Origin: Bacilli bacterium
GTDB lineage: Bacteria; Bacillota_I; Bacilli_A; RFN20; CAG-826
Length of the DNA stretch: 64,000 bases
Assembly: GCA_045628045.1 (NCBI GenBank)
Contig: JAZQOV010000002.1
Span: 64,001 to 128,000 of the forward strand
Direction of reading: 5' to 3'
Below are positions 1-10,821 of this stretch, piece after piece. Position numbers and translations under genes: made by a program. Position 1 is the first letter of the stretch; each line of letters begins with the position of its first letter. The notes beneath the pieces are model-generated. The model saw nothing but the letters and a program-made list of their open reading frames with translations, searched no databases and was not told the origin of the DNA.

Positions 1-333
1 GTTTGCGATATATCTAGGAATAACGTGCACGTGGAAGTGGAAAACGCTTTGGCCTGCCTCTTTATTAACGTTTGTTAATATGTTAACTCCTTTGGCCCCT
101 AAAATGGCAATTTGGGCCTGTCCTATACGTTGGGCAACGTCCATAACCTTGTGCATTACATCTTTTTCTGCAGTGAGGAAGTTTTGATAATGCTTCTTGC
201 TGATTACTAAAGTGTGTCCTGGAGTTACTTGAGAAATATCAAGGAATGCAAGGACATCATCGTCTTCATAAACTTTATGAGAAGGGATAATGCCATTAGC
301 TATTTTGCAAAATATGCAATCATTTTCTTTCAT
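1..333 (-). CDS. hit: HIT (histidine triad) family hydrolase, 3' end truncated by window edge
   Basis: Manual translation from ATG at 333: MKENDCIFCKIANGIIPSHKVYEDDD...GHTLVI...HFHVHVIPR (HIT motif). Not in the supplied ORF track because it runs off the window. Confidence 0.9.
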   Translation of the reverse strand, partial: MKENDCIFCKIANGIIPSHKVYEDDDVLAFLDISQVTPGHTLVISKKHYQNFLTAEKDVMHKVMDVAQRIGQAQIAILGAKGVNILTNVNKEAGQSVFHFHVHVIPRYIAN

Positions 334-354
334 ATGATTTCCTTTCAAACTAAA

Positions 355-372
355 GGGAGGCCTAAGCCTCCC
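355..372 (-). terminator. Intrinsic terminator-like hairpin
   Basis: GGGAGGC-ctaa-GCCTCCC hairpin just past the stop of the 386..2041 gene. Confidence 0.6.
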
Positions 373-385
373 AAAGTGTGATTAA

Positions 386-2041
386 TTAATCTTCAAAGAT
401 TTCGAGATCTGGGTATTCGCTCTTTAAGTATTCATATAATGAGCTATCGAAGAAGGTAACATCATTAAGAACCTTATTGAGATATTCGGTATAAGCATCT
501 CTCTTATAGTTATCTTTGGTTGAAATAACTTTTGCAACTTGTCTACCAATTGTTTCAACTTTTTCTGCGCCATAATAAACACCGAGTCTTTCGTTGAATT
601 TTTGTGGTGAGACTGCTTCGGTGACGTTGCAGAGCCAGAGGGCGCTACCATTGTCATCGTAGAGATAGTTGTATGGGTTATCTTCGAACTTATCTGCATC
701 TGCTGATAAGACGAACTTAACACCTTTAATATTTCTTAAATAAGATTTTCTTACATAATCGCCTGGTTTTGTTTCAGGAACTGACTTTTCGATTTCGTTT
801 GAAACAGTGTAGCTGAATAAACGATCTTTAAGTGGTAATTCTGAAGCTCCGCCATTTTTGACGAACCAACCATCGGTTGTGTAGTCTTCTTTTGCTAAAG
901 CGATTAACTTTTGAAGTAAGCCATATTCTTTTGTCTTACCTTCAGATGTGAACTTATCAAGTTCTGCTTTATCTTCAGCAAGTGGGAATCTACCAGCTTT
1001 TTCAGCTTTGATTGCCTTTTGGAATGATTCGATAATCTTACCAAGTTTTGTTTCCTTGTAGTATTTACCTGCAGGAACAAGTGTTTGGTTGAGTGCTTCA
1101 TAGACATAAGCTTCATCAACAGTAACGAAATCATTACCATAGGTAGAAGCAAGAAGGATGTCAGAGACAGAACCTGATTCTGCGATAACATCAACACCTT
1201 CTTTATCAAATGAAGAGAAGCCCTTAATTGCGTCGATTAAGTCTTCGTAATTTAATTCAGCACCAGCTTCGATGTAGTATTTTGCATAATATTTGCAAAG
1301 TGAACGAATCTTGGTGTGTGATTCAGATTCATAAGGAATCTTAACGTAAGAAATTTCACGTGCATATGAACGACCAAGGTCCATTGGTGAAGTTCTATAG
1401 ATGTAGTCTTCGACTAAGATGTTCTTTAAGATTTCTGGGAAGACTTTCTTTTCAATAAAGTTGGTGTAGTCACCTTGTAACTTGAATGTTAATTTTCCTT
1501 CTGCGTTACGTGTAACGAATTCACCTTTTGTGAGGCTCTTTGTTACATAGAACTTAAGTTCTGGTTTGTGTTCAGCATCAAGGTCATAGAGTTCATCAAG
1601 ACGTGCTTCGTAAAGTTTCTTTTCTGAGAATTGACCATCTTCTTCGTCAACATATGATCCTGAGACAACTTCGTTGTAGAAGTATTCAGAAAGTCTAAGA
1701 TCAACATCTTTCTTGAATGCTTCGATTTGTTCAGAGGTCTTGCCTTCGAAGAATGCTTTTGATGTGAATGTATCATTCTTGTAGTCTTCGTAAGTACCAA
1801 ATTGTTCTTCAAGAAGTTCTTTGGTAATTCTTTCAACTACTTTTGCGTTTGTGTCACCTGCAATTGCGTCATATAAGGTACCAAGTTTGTTTTCATCGAA
1901 TTCTGCTTTTGAATTCATTTCGACAAATGGTTCGTTATAGTTGCTCGGGACTGCTGAGACAGGAGCGCATGATGCGAGGATGCATCCTGCGGAAAGAGCT
2001 AATGCTCCGAGAAATAATTTTTTACTGATGTTCTTTTCCAT
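386..2041 (-). CDS. Large acidic lipoprotein of unknown function
   Basis: Likely start MEKNISKK at 2041 (AGGAGG RBS upstream), hydrophobic signal peptide and lipobox ILAS-C; overlaps the end of the upstream lipoprotein gene. Confidence 0.75.
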   Translation of the reverse strand: MEKNISKKLFLGALALSAGCILASCAPVSAVPSNYNEPFVEMNSKAEFDENKLGTLYDAIAGDTNAKVVERITKELLEEQFGTYEDYKNDTFTSKAFFEGKTSEQIEAFKKDVDLRLSEYFYNEVVSGSYVDEEDGQFSEKKLYEARLDELYDLDAEHKPELKFYVTKSLTKGEFVTRNAEGKLTFKLQGDYTNFIEKKVFPEILKNILVEDYIYRTSPMDLGRSYAREISYVKIPYESESHTKIRSLCKYYAKYYIEAGAELNYEDLIDAIKGFSSFDKEGVDVIAESGSVSDILLASTYGNDFVTVDEAYVYEALNQTLVPAGKYYKETKLGKIIESFQKAIKAEKAGRFPLAEDKAELDKFTSEGKTKEYGLLQKLIALAKEDYTTDGWFVKNGGASELPLKDRLFSYTVSNEIEKSVPETKPGDYVRKSYLRNIKGVKFVLSADADKFEDNPYNYLYDDNGSALWLCNVTEAVSPQKFNERLGVYYGAEKVETIGRQVAKVISTKDNYKRDAYTEYLNKVLNDVTFFDSSLYEYLKSEYPDLEIFED

Positions 2042-4151
2042 CGTTGCAAAGTCCTCCTTCCTTTTTAAATAATGAATCAACACTTGCATTTAATACTTCT
2101 GCTGCTTCTACAATTGGATCGCCATTGACATCATAGAGTTCAACGCCATTTTCAATGTAGTAAGTAACAAGATCATTAACAATTTCATCAGCGTGTGCGC
2201 TTAAGCCTAATGCGTCGATTGCGCCTTGGATTGATAATTTGTTATTTGTTCCTTTGTAAAGGAGCTTACAAGTATCAGAGACAAGTTTTGTTCTTTCGGA
2301 ATTTTGTTTTTGAAGTGAATCAATGTATTCAGTCCAAGTTTTCTTCCAGGATTCTTCTCTTTCGGTAACTTGTTTATCGAGTGAGTTGTTAATCCATTTT
2401 GTTAAAGCCTTATCAAGTTTTTCGTCTTTAATCTTTAATCCTTCAATTTCTTTGAACTTGAGGAAGATGAATTTGTTAAGACGATCGCTATCAAATCCTT
2501 TGAGCTTAGAGGCTAATTCTGTTGCTCTTGATCTTGTCTTTTCAATATTGTCACTTGAGAAGTTGACATATGTTCTCATATCGCCTTCATAAACACCTTC
2601 AGTTGATGATTTATATTTTGGATATGTTGTTTCTTGATCTGGATATGCAGTGGTGTAGTAGTCATCCATTGAGACACCATTCTTGTCTTCACCTACGGTG
2701 AATGCTGAACGGTTTACAACGATGAAGTGAATTCCTTCGTAGCTACCTGAACCTGCACGTACGCAAAGGATTGGTTGCCATTCTCCTGCAACTTTGACAG
2801 AAAGAATTGGTAATTCGTGTCCTGCGTATTTAACAAATCCAGTACCACATGAAGCTTCAACTTGTTCATAAGTAACGCCACCAGATGTTTGTTTTTCGAT
2901 GTATTTCATTTCAACACCGTTCTTAACTTCAATTGCTTTATCAGCTGGACCGGTAATGAATGAAATTGAGTGTTTATTAAGAGACTTGTTATAAACAATA
3001 TTTCTTGGATAAACGAGTGAAGCATCGTCAATAACTGATTTTTCGTTATCTGATTTTGTTACTTCTGCGTATTCTTTTAATTCTTCAAATACTGAATAAT
3101 CAACAGTTGGAAGGATTACTTCGTCACTATCACTGTCATTAACTGCCTTAGTGTAGTTGCTTCTAACTGTATCATTAATGTGAATATGTGATTCTGCTGG
3201 AACGTGTTCGCCAGTTTCACCATGGAGTTTCTTGTTGTAAAGGTTTTCGTAAGCATAAAGACCAAGCTTAAATTCATTTACGAAACTTGTTGAAGTATCC
3301 ATGATGCCGAGATCTCCGCCTAATGTTGCAGAACCTTCATCGTCTGAAGAATATTTTGCAATTGTTGCGAATGAGTCATCACCAAATGCGATTTGATTGA
3401 CAACATCATAGAGTTTCTTTGCGTTTGCTTCAGAGATTGTTCCGTCAGCATATTTTCCGGATGAGTCTTCGACTTTAACTAAGATGTGTGAAATGTGATA
3501 TGGAACTTGGCTTTCAAAATAACCTTCCCAAACATTTTTAACATCATCGGACATGGTATAACCATCTTCGATAGTGCCAGCACCTTTAATTAATTCTTTT
3601 TCATAATAAGTATAGAAATCGTCATCAAAGAGTTCTTTCTTGATTTCGTTTTCATACTTTTCTCTTAATTCAGTTAAATCTTTGTCGTATTTAACTCCGT
3701 TTGATGCACAGATTGCTTCGAGTTCCTTTTTGACGCTTGTGTTGTTGCTCTTAGCATTTGTTTCGGCATTGTCTTTGTCAGTGTCGATCTTTTCTTGTGC
3801 GCGTGATTCAATCTTGCTCATATCTGCAGAGCCGATTTCATAAGTTTTTGATTCTTTCTTGTATTGCTTTTCTTCTTTTTGAAGTTTTGCATATTGCTCT
3901 TTAGATACTGAAAGATTGTCAATGTTAAAGTAATTTTTAACAATGATGGAGTAGATTGAATCGTAAATGGCTTGATATTTGCTTGCATCATCGTAGTAAT
4001 CTTCGAGAATTGCATCAGCATAAATCTCATTACCATTGTAAGATAATAAAACACCTCTGTTTGAGGACTTAACCATATTGTCACAGCCGGCAAGAGTACC
4101 AACTGAGAGCAATGCAGTCACCAAACCGAGAGAGAGTTTTGATTTCTTCAT
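2022..4151 (-). CDS. PrsA-like lipoprotein with parvulin (PpiC) peptidyl-prolyl isomerase domain
   Basis: Lipobox LAG-C; parvulin motifs YHISHILVK, FATIAKYSSDD-GSATLGGDLG, FVNEF. Confidence 0.75.
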   Translation of the reverse strand: MKKSKLSLGLVTALLSVGTLAGCDNMVKSSNRGVLLSYNGNEIYADAILEDYYDDASKYQAIYDSIYSIIVKNYFNIDNLSVSKEQYAKLQKEEKQYKKESKTYEIGSADMSKIESRAQEKIDTDKDNAETNAKSNNTSVKKELEAICASNGVKYDKDLTELREKYENEIKKELFDDDFYTYYEKELIKGAGTIEDGYTMSDDVKNVWEGYFESQVPYHISHILVKVEDSSGKYADGTISEANAKKLYDVVNQIAFGDDSFATIAKYSSDDEGSATLGGDLGIMDTSTSFVNEFKLGLYAYENLYNKKLHGETGEHVPAESHIHINDTVRSNYTKAVNDSDSDEVILPTVDYSVFEELKEYAEVTKSDNEKSVIDDASLVYPRNIVYNKSLNKHSISFITGPADKAIEVKNGVEMKYIEKQTSGGVTYEQVEASCGTGFVKYAGHELPILSVKVAGEWQPILCVRAGSGSYEGIHFIVVNRSAFTVGEDKNGVSMDDYYTTAYPDQETTYPKYKSSTEGVYEGDMRTYVNFSSDNIEKTRSRATELASKLKGFDSDRLNKFIFLKFKEIEGLKIKDEKLDKALTKWINNSLDKQVTEREESWKKTWTEYIDSLQKQNSERTKLVSDTCKLLYKGTNNKLSIQGAIDALGLSAHADEIVNDLVTYYIENGVELYDVNGDPIVEAAEVLNASVDSLFKKEGGLCNDGKEHQ

Positions 4152-4378
4152 ATTGATTGCCTCCTATTCAATAAATGCGAGGAAATTATATTCTTTTCCT
4201 TGTATAAATACAACAAGTTTTTTCAAAAAATAATAGACTTGTCTATAAAGTGAGCTAAATTTGATATTTTTCAATTTTCTCCAAAAACAAAGTTTTTGAA
4301 AGATTTTTTATCATTTCATTTGCTAAGCGCTTGTTCATTATATAAAATAGTTGCCGTCTAAAAGGGAGAAAAAAGCCT

Positions 4379-5197
4379 ATGTCAAAGCTAAAAATTGAAA
4401 ACTTATTTGTTACTGTAAAAGATAAGGAAATCCTAAAAGGATTATCTATCGAATTTTCGTCTGAAGAAACAGTTGCTTTATTAGGTCCAAACGGCAATGG
4501 CAAATCAACCCTTTTACAAACCATTATGGGCAACCCAAATTACACTATTAAAAGTGGTAATATTTGGTTTGACGATAAAGATATTACAAAAATGTCAGTG
4601 GATGAACGATCAAAATTAGGAATTTTCCTCGGAATGCAGTATCCAAGTGAAGTTCCAGGCGTTAATAATTCTGACTTTTTGAAATCAGCTTTAAATGCTC
4701 ATAGAGAAAAACCTGTTTCATTATTTGAATTTTATAAATTAATGAATAATGCGTACGAAAAGATGCATATTCCGTTTGAAATGGCTAACAGAAATCTTAA
4801 TGAAGGTTTCTCTGGTGGCGAGAAAAAGAAGAATGAAATTCTTCAAATGCTTGTTTTAAATCCTAGTGTTGTCATGTTAGATGAAATTGACTCTGGACTT
4901 GATGTTGATGCAATTCAAGTTGTCGCAAACGTTATTAAAGAAGAACAAGCAAAACGTGGTTTCTTAATCGTTTCTCACTATGCAAAATTGTACGATTTAA
5001 TCAACATCGACAAGGTTGTCATCTTGATTAACGGAAAGATTGCAAAAGTTGGAGATAAATCATTAATTAAGAAGATTGATGAACAAGGTTATGAATGGTT
5101 AAAAGCCGAAGGAATTGAGTTCAAAAATGATGAATCAATGAACAAAGTTTCAATCGGAACTTGTGCTACAAAAGAAGTATTAAAAAAGAGCAAATGA
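4379..5197 (+). CDS. sufC: Fe-S cluster assembly ATPase SufC
   Basis: Walker A GPNGNGKST, NEGFSGGEKKKNEILQM, LDEIDSGLDVDA; first gene of a suf operon. Confidence 0.95.
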   Translation: MSKLKIENLFVTVKDKEILKGLSIEFSSEETVALLGPNGNGKSTLLQTIMGNPNYTIKSGNIWFDDKDITKMSVDERSKLGIFLGMQYPSEVPGVNNSDFLKSALNAHREKPVSLFEFYKLMNNAYEKMHIPFEMANRNLNEGFSGGEKKKNEILQMLVLNPSVVMLDEIDSGLDVDAIQVVANVIKEEQAKRGFLIVSHYAKLYDLINIDKVVILINGKIAKVGDKSLIKKIDEQGYEWLKAEGIEFKNDESMNKVSIGTCATKEVLKKSK

Positions 5198-5901
5198 GCA
5201 AGCAAAATATTATCTTAAAAAATAAAGAAAAATGCGTACTCGAGTACACGACTTTTTCTGACATTAATTTGACTCTTGCTGAAGATTCAAATTTAGTTTT
5301 AAAGCTTGCAAATTTTGCAGAAAATTCAGAAATAAAAATTACAGGAAAAATCGGGAAAAACGCGGGAATTTCCGTGATTTTTGCGGATTTTTCAAAAGGA
5401 ACAACTTCTTTAATTTCTAAAATTGATCTTGAAGAAGAAGGTGCAAATGCAGATTGGCATTTAGCAACTTTATCTAACAAAAAAGACTCTAAAATTTTTG
5501 ATGTTTCTTTCACTCACAAAGTTGGAAAAACAACATCAAATATGGACAATTATGGAGTTGCTCGTGATGACTCTAAAATTGTCTTCTCTGGAGTGAGTCA
5601 CATTACTAATGGAGCGAAGTTATCAAATGCTAAACAAAACGCAAAAATTATTGTCTTTGATAAGAACGCTCAAGGTGTCGCTTCACCAATCTTAAAAATT
5701 GATGAAAATGAAGTTCAAGCAAGCCATGGAGCTATTGTTGGACAACTTAATTCTGATCACATGTTCTATTTAATGTCGCGTGGACTTACACGTGAAGAAG
5801 CTAGAACAATTATTACTCTAGGTTATCTTAATCCCGTTTCAAAAGAATTCAGTAAAGAAACTCAATCTTTGATTGAAAACGCGATAAAGGAGGCAATGTA
5901 A
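5194..5901 (+). CDS. sufD: SufD-family Fe-S assembly protein (short)
   Basis: PILKIDENEVQASHGA, FYLMSRGL C-terminus; ATG at 5194 overlaps the sufC stop. Confidence 0.85.
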   Translation: MSKQNIILKNKEKCVLEYTTFSDINLTLAEDSNLVLKLANFAENSEIKITGKIGKNAGISVIFADFSKGTTSLISKIDLEEEGANADWHLATLSNKKDSKIFDVSFTHKVGKTTSNMDNYGVARDDSKIVFSGVSHITNGAKLSNAKQNAKIIVFDKNAQGVASPILKIDENEVQASHGAIVGQLNSDHMFYLMSRGLTREEARTIITLGYLNPVSKEFSKETQSLIENAIKEAM

Positions 5902-7133
5902 TGTTTGATCCTTATAAAATAAGAAAAGATTTTCCGATGTTTACAAACAAAACTAAAATGCAAGGTCATGATTTAGTGTTTTTAGACAATGCCTCTACAA
6001 CTTTTAAACCTCAATCTGTTATTGATGCAATTACTTATTATAATTCTTACGAAACATCTAATTCAGGACGTGGGGATTACGATGTAATGTATCACGTTGA
6101 TCAAAAGATTTTAGAAACCAGGAAAACTGTTGCAAAGTTTATAAATGCTGAACCAGAAGAGATTATTTTCACTTCAGGAGATACAGAATCACTCAATTTA
6201 GCCGTTTTTGGCTATTTTAAGAACCATTTGAAAAAAGGCGATGAAGTTTTACTTACTTACGCTGAACACGCCTCAAATGTGCTTCCGTGGTTTAAACTTC
6301 AAAAAGAGATTGGTTGTAAGGTTAATTTTATTAACCTTACAGATGAAGGTAGATTAACACCTGAAAATGTTGAAAAAGCAATTACAAAAAATACAAAAGT
6401 TATCTCAATTGCTCATATTACAAACGTTCTTGGATTCTGTGTTGATTTAAAATCAATCTGTGAAATTGCTCATAAACACGGAATTTTAGTTTTGTGTGAT
6501 GGCGCTCAATCTGTTCCACATATTAAAACTGATGTGAAGGATTCAGATGTTGATTTTCTAACTTTCTCTGGTCATAAAATGCTTGCCCCAACTGGAATCG
6601 GTGTTTTATATGGTAGAAAAGAACTTCTAAAAGAAACTGAACCAATTATTTTAGGTGGCGGCATGAATGAAACATTTGAAATTGACGGAAGTTATGTTTG
6701 CCATCAAGGTCCTGCTAAATTAGAGCCAGGAACTCATAATATTGAAGGTATTTACGGCTTAGAAGCTGCAATAAAATATATTGAAAGTGTTGGAATCGAA
6801 AATATTGAAAAACACGAAAAAGAACTTCGTTCATACGCAATTAAAAGAATGAAAGAAATTAAAGACATTGTTTTATACAATGAAAATGCTGACGCAGGAA
6901 TTATTTCATTTAATGTTAAAGGCGTATTTGCTCAAGATTTAGCAACACTTTTAAATTCAAAAGGAATCGCTGTTAGAAGCGGTAATCACTGCGCAAAGAT
7001 TCTTAAAAATCAAATTAAAGAAATTGCGACTGTAAGAGCATCATTGTATTTATACAATACTAAAGAAGATATTGATGCACTTGTAGAAGCACTTAAAGAA
7101 GGAGGAAATTTCTTAGATGCCTATTTCGCTTAG
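5901..7133 (+). CDS. sufS: Cysteine desulfurase SufS
   Basis: LDNASTT, DGAQS, FSGHKM (PLP lysine), RSGNHCA. Confidence 0.95.
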   Translation: MFDPYKIRKDFPMFTNKTKMQGHDLVFLDNASTTFKPQSVIDAITYYNSYETSNSGRGDYDVMYHVDQKILETRKTVAKFINAEPEEIIFTSGDTESLNLAVFGYFKNHLKKGDEVLLTYAEHASNVLPWFKLQKEIGCKVNFINLTDEGRLTPENVEKAITKNTKVISIAHITNVLGFCVDLKSICEIAHKHGILVLCDGAQSVPHIKTDVKDSDVDFLTFSGHKMLAPTGIGVLYGRKELLKETEPIILGGGMNETFEIDGSYVCHQGPAKLEPGTHNIEGIYGLEAAIKYIESVGIENIEKHEKELRSYAIKRMKEIKDIVLYNENADAGIISFNVKGVFAQDLATLLNSKGIAVRSGNHCAKILKNQIKEIATVRASLYLYNTKEDIDALVEALKEGGNFLDAYFA

Positions 7134-7560
7134 CCCTCAAATGATGAGACAAATCATCATGGATCATTATGACAATCCACAATATAAGAAAACTCCTGAA
7201 AATAAGGAAAAATTCGAAATTGTTCATATGCATTCATCAAATTGCATTGATGATATTAATGTTTATGGACTTGTCGAAAATAACATAGTTAAGGAAGCTT
7301 ATTGGGATGGAGTTGCATGCACTATTTCAACTTCATCTACTGATATTATGTGTGGACTTATGATTGGCAAGTCTTGGGATGAAGCCAAAAACATAATTGA
7401 TCAATATAATCACATGATTCATGAAGAACCTTATGATGATTCAGTTCTTGATGAAGCAATAGTTTTTATGAATACATCAAAACAAGCAGCCCGAATTAAA
7501 TGTGCAACAATTGGTTGGGATGCAATGGACGAAATTATTTGTAAACATCATGAAAAATAA
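7117..7560 (+). CDS. sufU: SufU (NifU-N/IscU-like) sulfur transfer protein
   Basis: IIMDHY, CIDD, GVAC, RIKCA motifs; position in the suf operon. Confidence 0.9.
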   Translation: MPISLSPQMMRQIIMDHYDNPQYKKTPENKEKFEIVHMHSSNCIDDINVYGLVENNIVKEAYWDGVACTISTSSTDIMCGLMIGKSWDEAKNIIDQYNHMIHEEPYDDSVLDEAIVFMNTSKQAARIKCATIGWDAMDEIICKHHEK

Positions 7561-8947
7561 CAAAGTTATAGACCAAGAATATAAATACGGATTTAAAGAT
7601 AAAGACACATCCATTATAACCACTGGTAAAGGTTTAACAGAAGAAGTTGTCAGAGAAATCTCAAGACTTAAAAATGAACCTGATTGGATGCTTGAATTTA
7701 GATTAAAATCCTACAAGGCATTTAAAGAACTTCCAATGCCTTCTTTTGGCCCTGACTTATCATTTTTAGATTTTGATTCTTACACTTATTTTACAAGAAA
7801 CAGCAAAGCTGTTGAGAAAGATTGGGATAAGGTTCCTGAAACAATTAAGAACACATTCCAAAAGCTTGGAATTCCTGAAGCAGAACAAAAATATTTAAGC
7901 GGTGTTACAACTCAATATGAATCAGAGGCCGTTTATCACAACATGCTTAAGGAAGTTGAAGACAAAGGCGTTATTTTTCTTTCAACAGATCAAGCTGTTC
8001 AAATGTGCCCAGAAATTGTTAAGAAGTATTTCAATACGGTTGTTCCTTATAAAGACAACAAATTCTCAGCATTAAATGGTGCTGTTTGGTCAGGTGGATC
8101 ATTTATTTATGTTCCTCCTGGAGTTAAACTTGATAAACCACTTCAATCCTATTTTAGGATTAATAATGAAAAATCAGGTCAATTTGAGCGTACTTTAATC
8201 ATTGTGGATGAAGGCGCAGATGTTCATTATGTTGAAGGATGTACCGCTCCAATTTATTCAAAAGATTCTTTACATGCCGCAGTTGTTGAAATTGTAGTTT
8301 TGAAAGATGCACATTGTAGATACTCAACAGTTCAAAACTGGTCTACTAACATAGTTAACCTTGTCACTAAACGTGCAAAAGTTATGGAAAATGGCCATAT
8401 GGAATGGATTGATGGAAACGTTGGTTCACAAACAAATATGAAATATCCAGCCTGTATTTTAGCTGGTGAAGGCGCTAAAGGAACTTGCATTTCAATTGCT
8501 GTTGCAGGCAAAGGCCAATATCAAGATGCTGGTGCAAGAATGATTCACTTAGCCAGCAATACCTCATCAACAATTATATCAAAATCTATTGTTAAAAATG
8601 GCGGTGTTGCAAACTATCGTGGTTCTGTTAAGCACCTAAAAGGTGCTTTGAACTGCAAATCGCACGTAGAATGTGATACATTAATCTTAGATGATGTATC
8701 AAAATCTGATACAATTCCTACTAATGTAGTGCAAAATAATACTTCATTTATCGAACATGAAGCTACTGTTTCAAAAATAAATGAAGATCAACTTTTCTAC
8801 CTTATGAGTAGAGGTATTTCAAAGAAAGATGCAATTCAAATGGTTATTATGGGATTCATTGAACCATTCTCAAAAGAACTTCCTATGGAATACGCTGTTG
8901 AACTTAATCAACTCATTAAAATGGATATGGAAGGAAGCGTTGGATAG
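7550..8947 (+). CDS. sufB: Fe-S cluster assembly protein SufB
   Basis: [49 protein letters not shown]; start MKNNK at 7550. Confidence 0.96.
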   Translation: MKNNKVIDQEYKYGFKDKDTSIITTGKGLTEEVVREISRLKNEPDWMLEFRLKSYKAFKELPMPSFGPDLSFLDFDSYTYFTRNSKAVEKDWDKVPETIKNTFQKLGIPEAEQKYLSGVTTQYESEAVYHNMLKEVEDKGVIFLSTDQAVQMCPEIVKKYFNTVVPYKDNKFSALNGAVWSGGSFIYVPPGVKLDKPLQSYFRINNEKSGQFERTLIIVDEGADVHYVEGCTAPIYSKDSLHAAVVEIVVLKDAHCRYSTVQNWSTNIVNLVTKRAKVMENGHMEWIDGNVGSQTNMKYPACILAGEGAKGTCISIAVAGKGQYQDAGARMIHLASNTSSTIISKSIVKNGGVANYRGSVKHLKGALNCKSHVECDTLILDDVSKSDTIPTNVVQNNTSFIEHEATVSKINEDQLFYLMSRGISKKDAIQMVIMGFIEPFSKELPMEYAVELNQLIKMDMEGSVG

Positions 8948-8949
8948 AA

Positions 8950-10821
8950 ATGAAATCATATGATGTGATTGTCGTTGGTGGTGGACACGCTGGTGTTGAA
9001 GCTTGTGCTGCAAGTGCGCACATGGGTTTAAGCACGCTTTTAATCACATTAAATAAAAAGATGATTTCAAATATGCCTTGCAATCCTTCTATTGGTGGAA
9101 GCGCCAAAGGTGTTGTCGTTCGTGAAATTGATGCTTTAGGCGGAATGATGGGCATTGCTGCGGACCATGAATATCTTCAAATGAAGATGTTAAACACAGG
9201 AAAAGGCCCAGGAGTTCAATGTTTAAGAGCACAAGAAGATAAATTCAATTATCCACATTATATGCAAGAACTTCTCGATAAAATCGAGAATTTAGATATT
9301 TTAGAGGCTGAAGTTAAGGCACTTTCTCATACAGAAGACACAGTAAATGGCGTTGTTTTAGAGGATGGCTCAACAATTTCTGCTAAAGCTGTCGTCATTT
9401 CAACTGGCACTTATATGGAAGGTGCAATTTTAAGAGGTCACAAAGCTGTTAGCGGTGGCCCGGATGGAGAAAAACCATCCATTGGCCTTAGTAAATCTCT
9501 TCAAGAAATGGGTCTTGAAGTCTTTAGACTTAAAACTGGCACCCCACCAAGAATTAAGAAGAGTTCAATCGACTTTTCTAAAGCAGTTCCTCAATATGGA
9601 ATGGAAGGAAACTTCGGATTCTCATACTTAACAAATGAGTTCAGACCACTCAAAGAACAAGTTCTTTGTTGGTTAATTTATACAAATGAAAAAACACATA
9701 AACTTATTACTGATAATTTAGATAAAACAGCTACATACAATGGACTTCAAACTGGTGTAGGGCCTCGTTATTGTCCTTCGATTGAGTCAAAAGTTATGAT
9801 ATTTAGAGACAAAAAACGTCATCAACTTTTCCTTGAACCTGAATTTGAAAATGGAGAATCAATTTATTTACAAGGTTTCTCGACCGCTATGGAAGAGGAA
9901 ATGCAAGTAAAAATGGTTCACTCCTTAGAGGGAATGGAAAATGCTGAGTTTTTAAAATACGCCTATGCGATTGAATATGATGCATTAGTTCCAACTCAAT
10001 ACGATTTAACTTTAAAAGTTAAGAAATATAAAGGACTTTATGGAGCAGGTCAAATCTGTGGAACTTCTGGTTATGAAGAGGCTGCTGGTTTAGGCCTTGT
10101 TGCTGGAATAAACGCTGCACTTTATGTACAAGGTAAAGAGCCGTTTATTTTGAAACGTAATGAATCTTATATTGGCGTTATGATTGATGATATTGTCACA
10201 AAAGGAGTCATGGATCCTTATCGTCTTCTTTCATCACGTGCTGAGTATCGTTTACTTCTTAGACACGACAATGCCGACGTGCGTTTAACACCTTATGGAT
10301 ACAAGCTTGGATTGATAAGTGAAGAGCGTTATAAAAAGTTTGTCGAGAAGAACGAAAACGTTAAGAAAGCTACTGAGATTTTATCAAGAGTTCACCTTGG
10401 ATCTTCAAAGAGAGTTAACGATTATCTTTCAAGTAAAGGATTTGAAACTTTAAAGGCAGGAGTAAGCGGCTTAGAATTCTTCAAACGTCCAGAAATTCAT
10501 TACGAAAATATTTGTGATTTAATCCCAGAAATTGCGGAAATTCCCCTAGATTTCATAGGAATTTCGCAACTTGAGATAACTGTAAAATATGAAGGTTATA
10601 TCAAAAGAGAAATGTCTGAAGCAAACTCATTTGCAAAGTTTGAAAACTACATTATTCCAGATAATATTGATTTTTTAAATATGCATGGATTAGCTTTGGA
10701 AGCTCGTCAAAAACTTGATAAAATTAAACCGAGAACTGTTGGACAAGCAGGAAGAATTTCTGGTATTAATCCATCAGATATTTCGATTCTCATTATGAAT
10801 TTGAAAAGAACAGAAAAATGA
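8950..10821 (+). CDS. mnmG: tRNA uridine-5-carboxymethylaminomethyl modification enzyme MnmG (GidA)
   Basis: VVGGGHAG, CNPSIGG, LKTGTPPR, GPRYCPSIE, GTSGYEEAA, SRAEYRLLLR. Confidence 0.97.
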   Translation: MKSYDVIVVGGGHAGVEACAASAHMGLSTLLITLNKKMISNMPCNPSIGGSAKGVVVREIDALGGMMGIAADHEYLQMKMLNTGKGPGVQCLRAQEDKFNYPHYMQELLDKIENLDILEAEVKALSHTEDTVNGVVLEDGSTISAKAVVISTGTYMEGAILRGHKAVSGGPDGEKPSIGLSKSLQEMGLEVFRLKTGTPPRIKKSSIDFSKAVPQYGMEGNFGFSYLTNEFRPLKEQVLCWLIYTNEKTHKLITDNLDKTATYNGLQTGVGPRYCPSIESKVMIFRDKKRHQLFLEPEFENGESIYLQGFSTAMEEEMQVKMVHSLEGMENAEFLKYAYAIEYDALVPTQYDLTLKVKKYKGLYGAGQICGTSGYEEAAGLGLVAGINAALYVQGKEPFILKRNESYIGVMIDDIVTKGVMDPYRLLSSRAEYRLLLRHDNADVRLTPYGYKLGLISEERYKKFVEKNENVKKATEILSRVHLGSSKRVNDYLSSKGFETLKAGVSGLEFFKRPEIHYENICDLIPEIAEIPLDFIGISQLEITVKYEGYIKREMSEANSFAKFENYIIPDNIDFLNMHGLALEARQKLDKIKPRTVGQAGRISGINPSDISILIMNLKRTEK

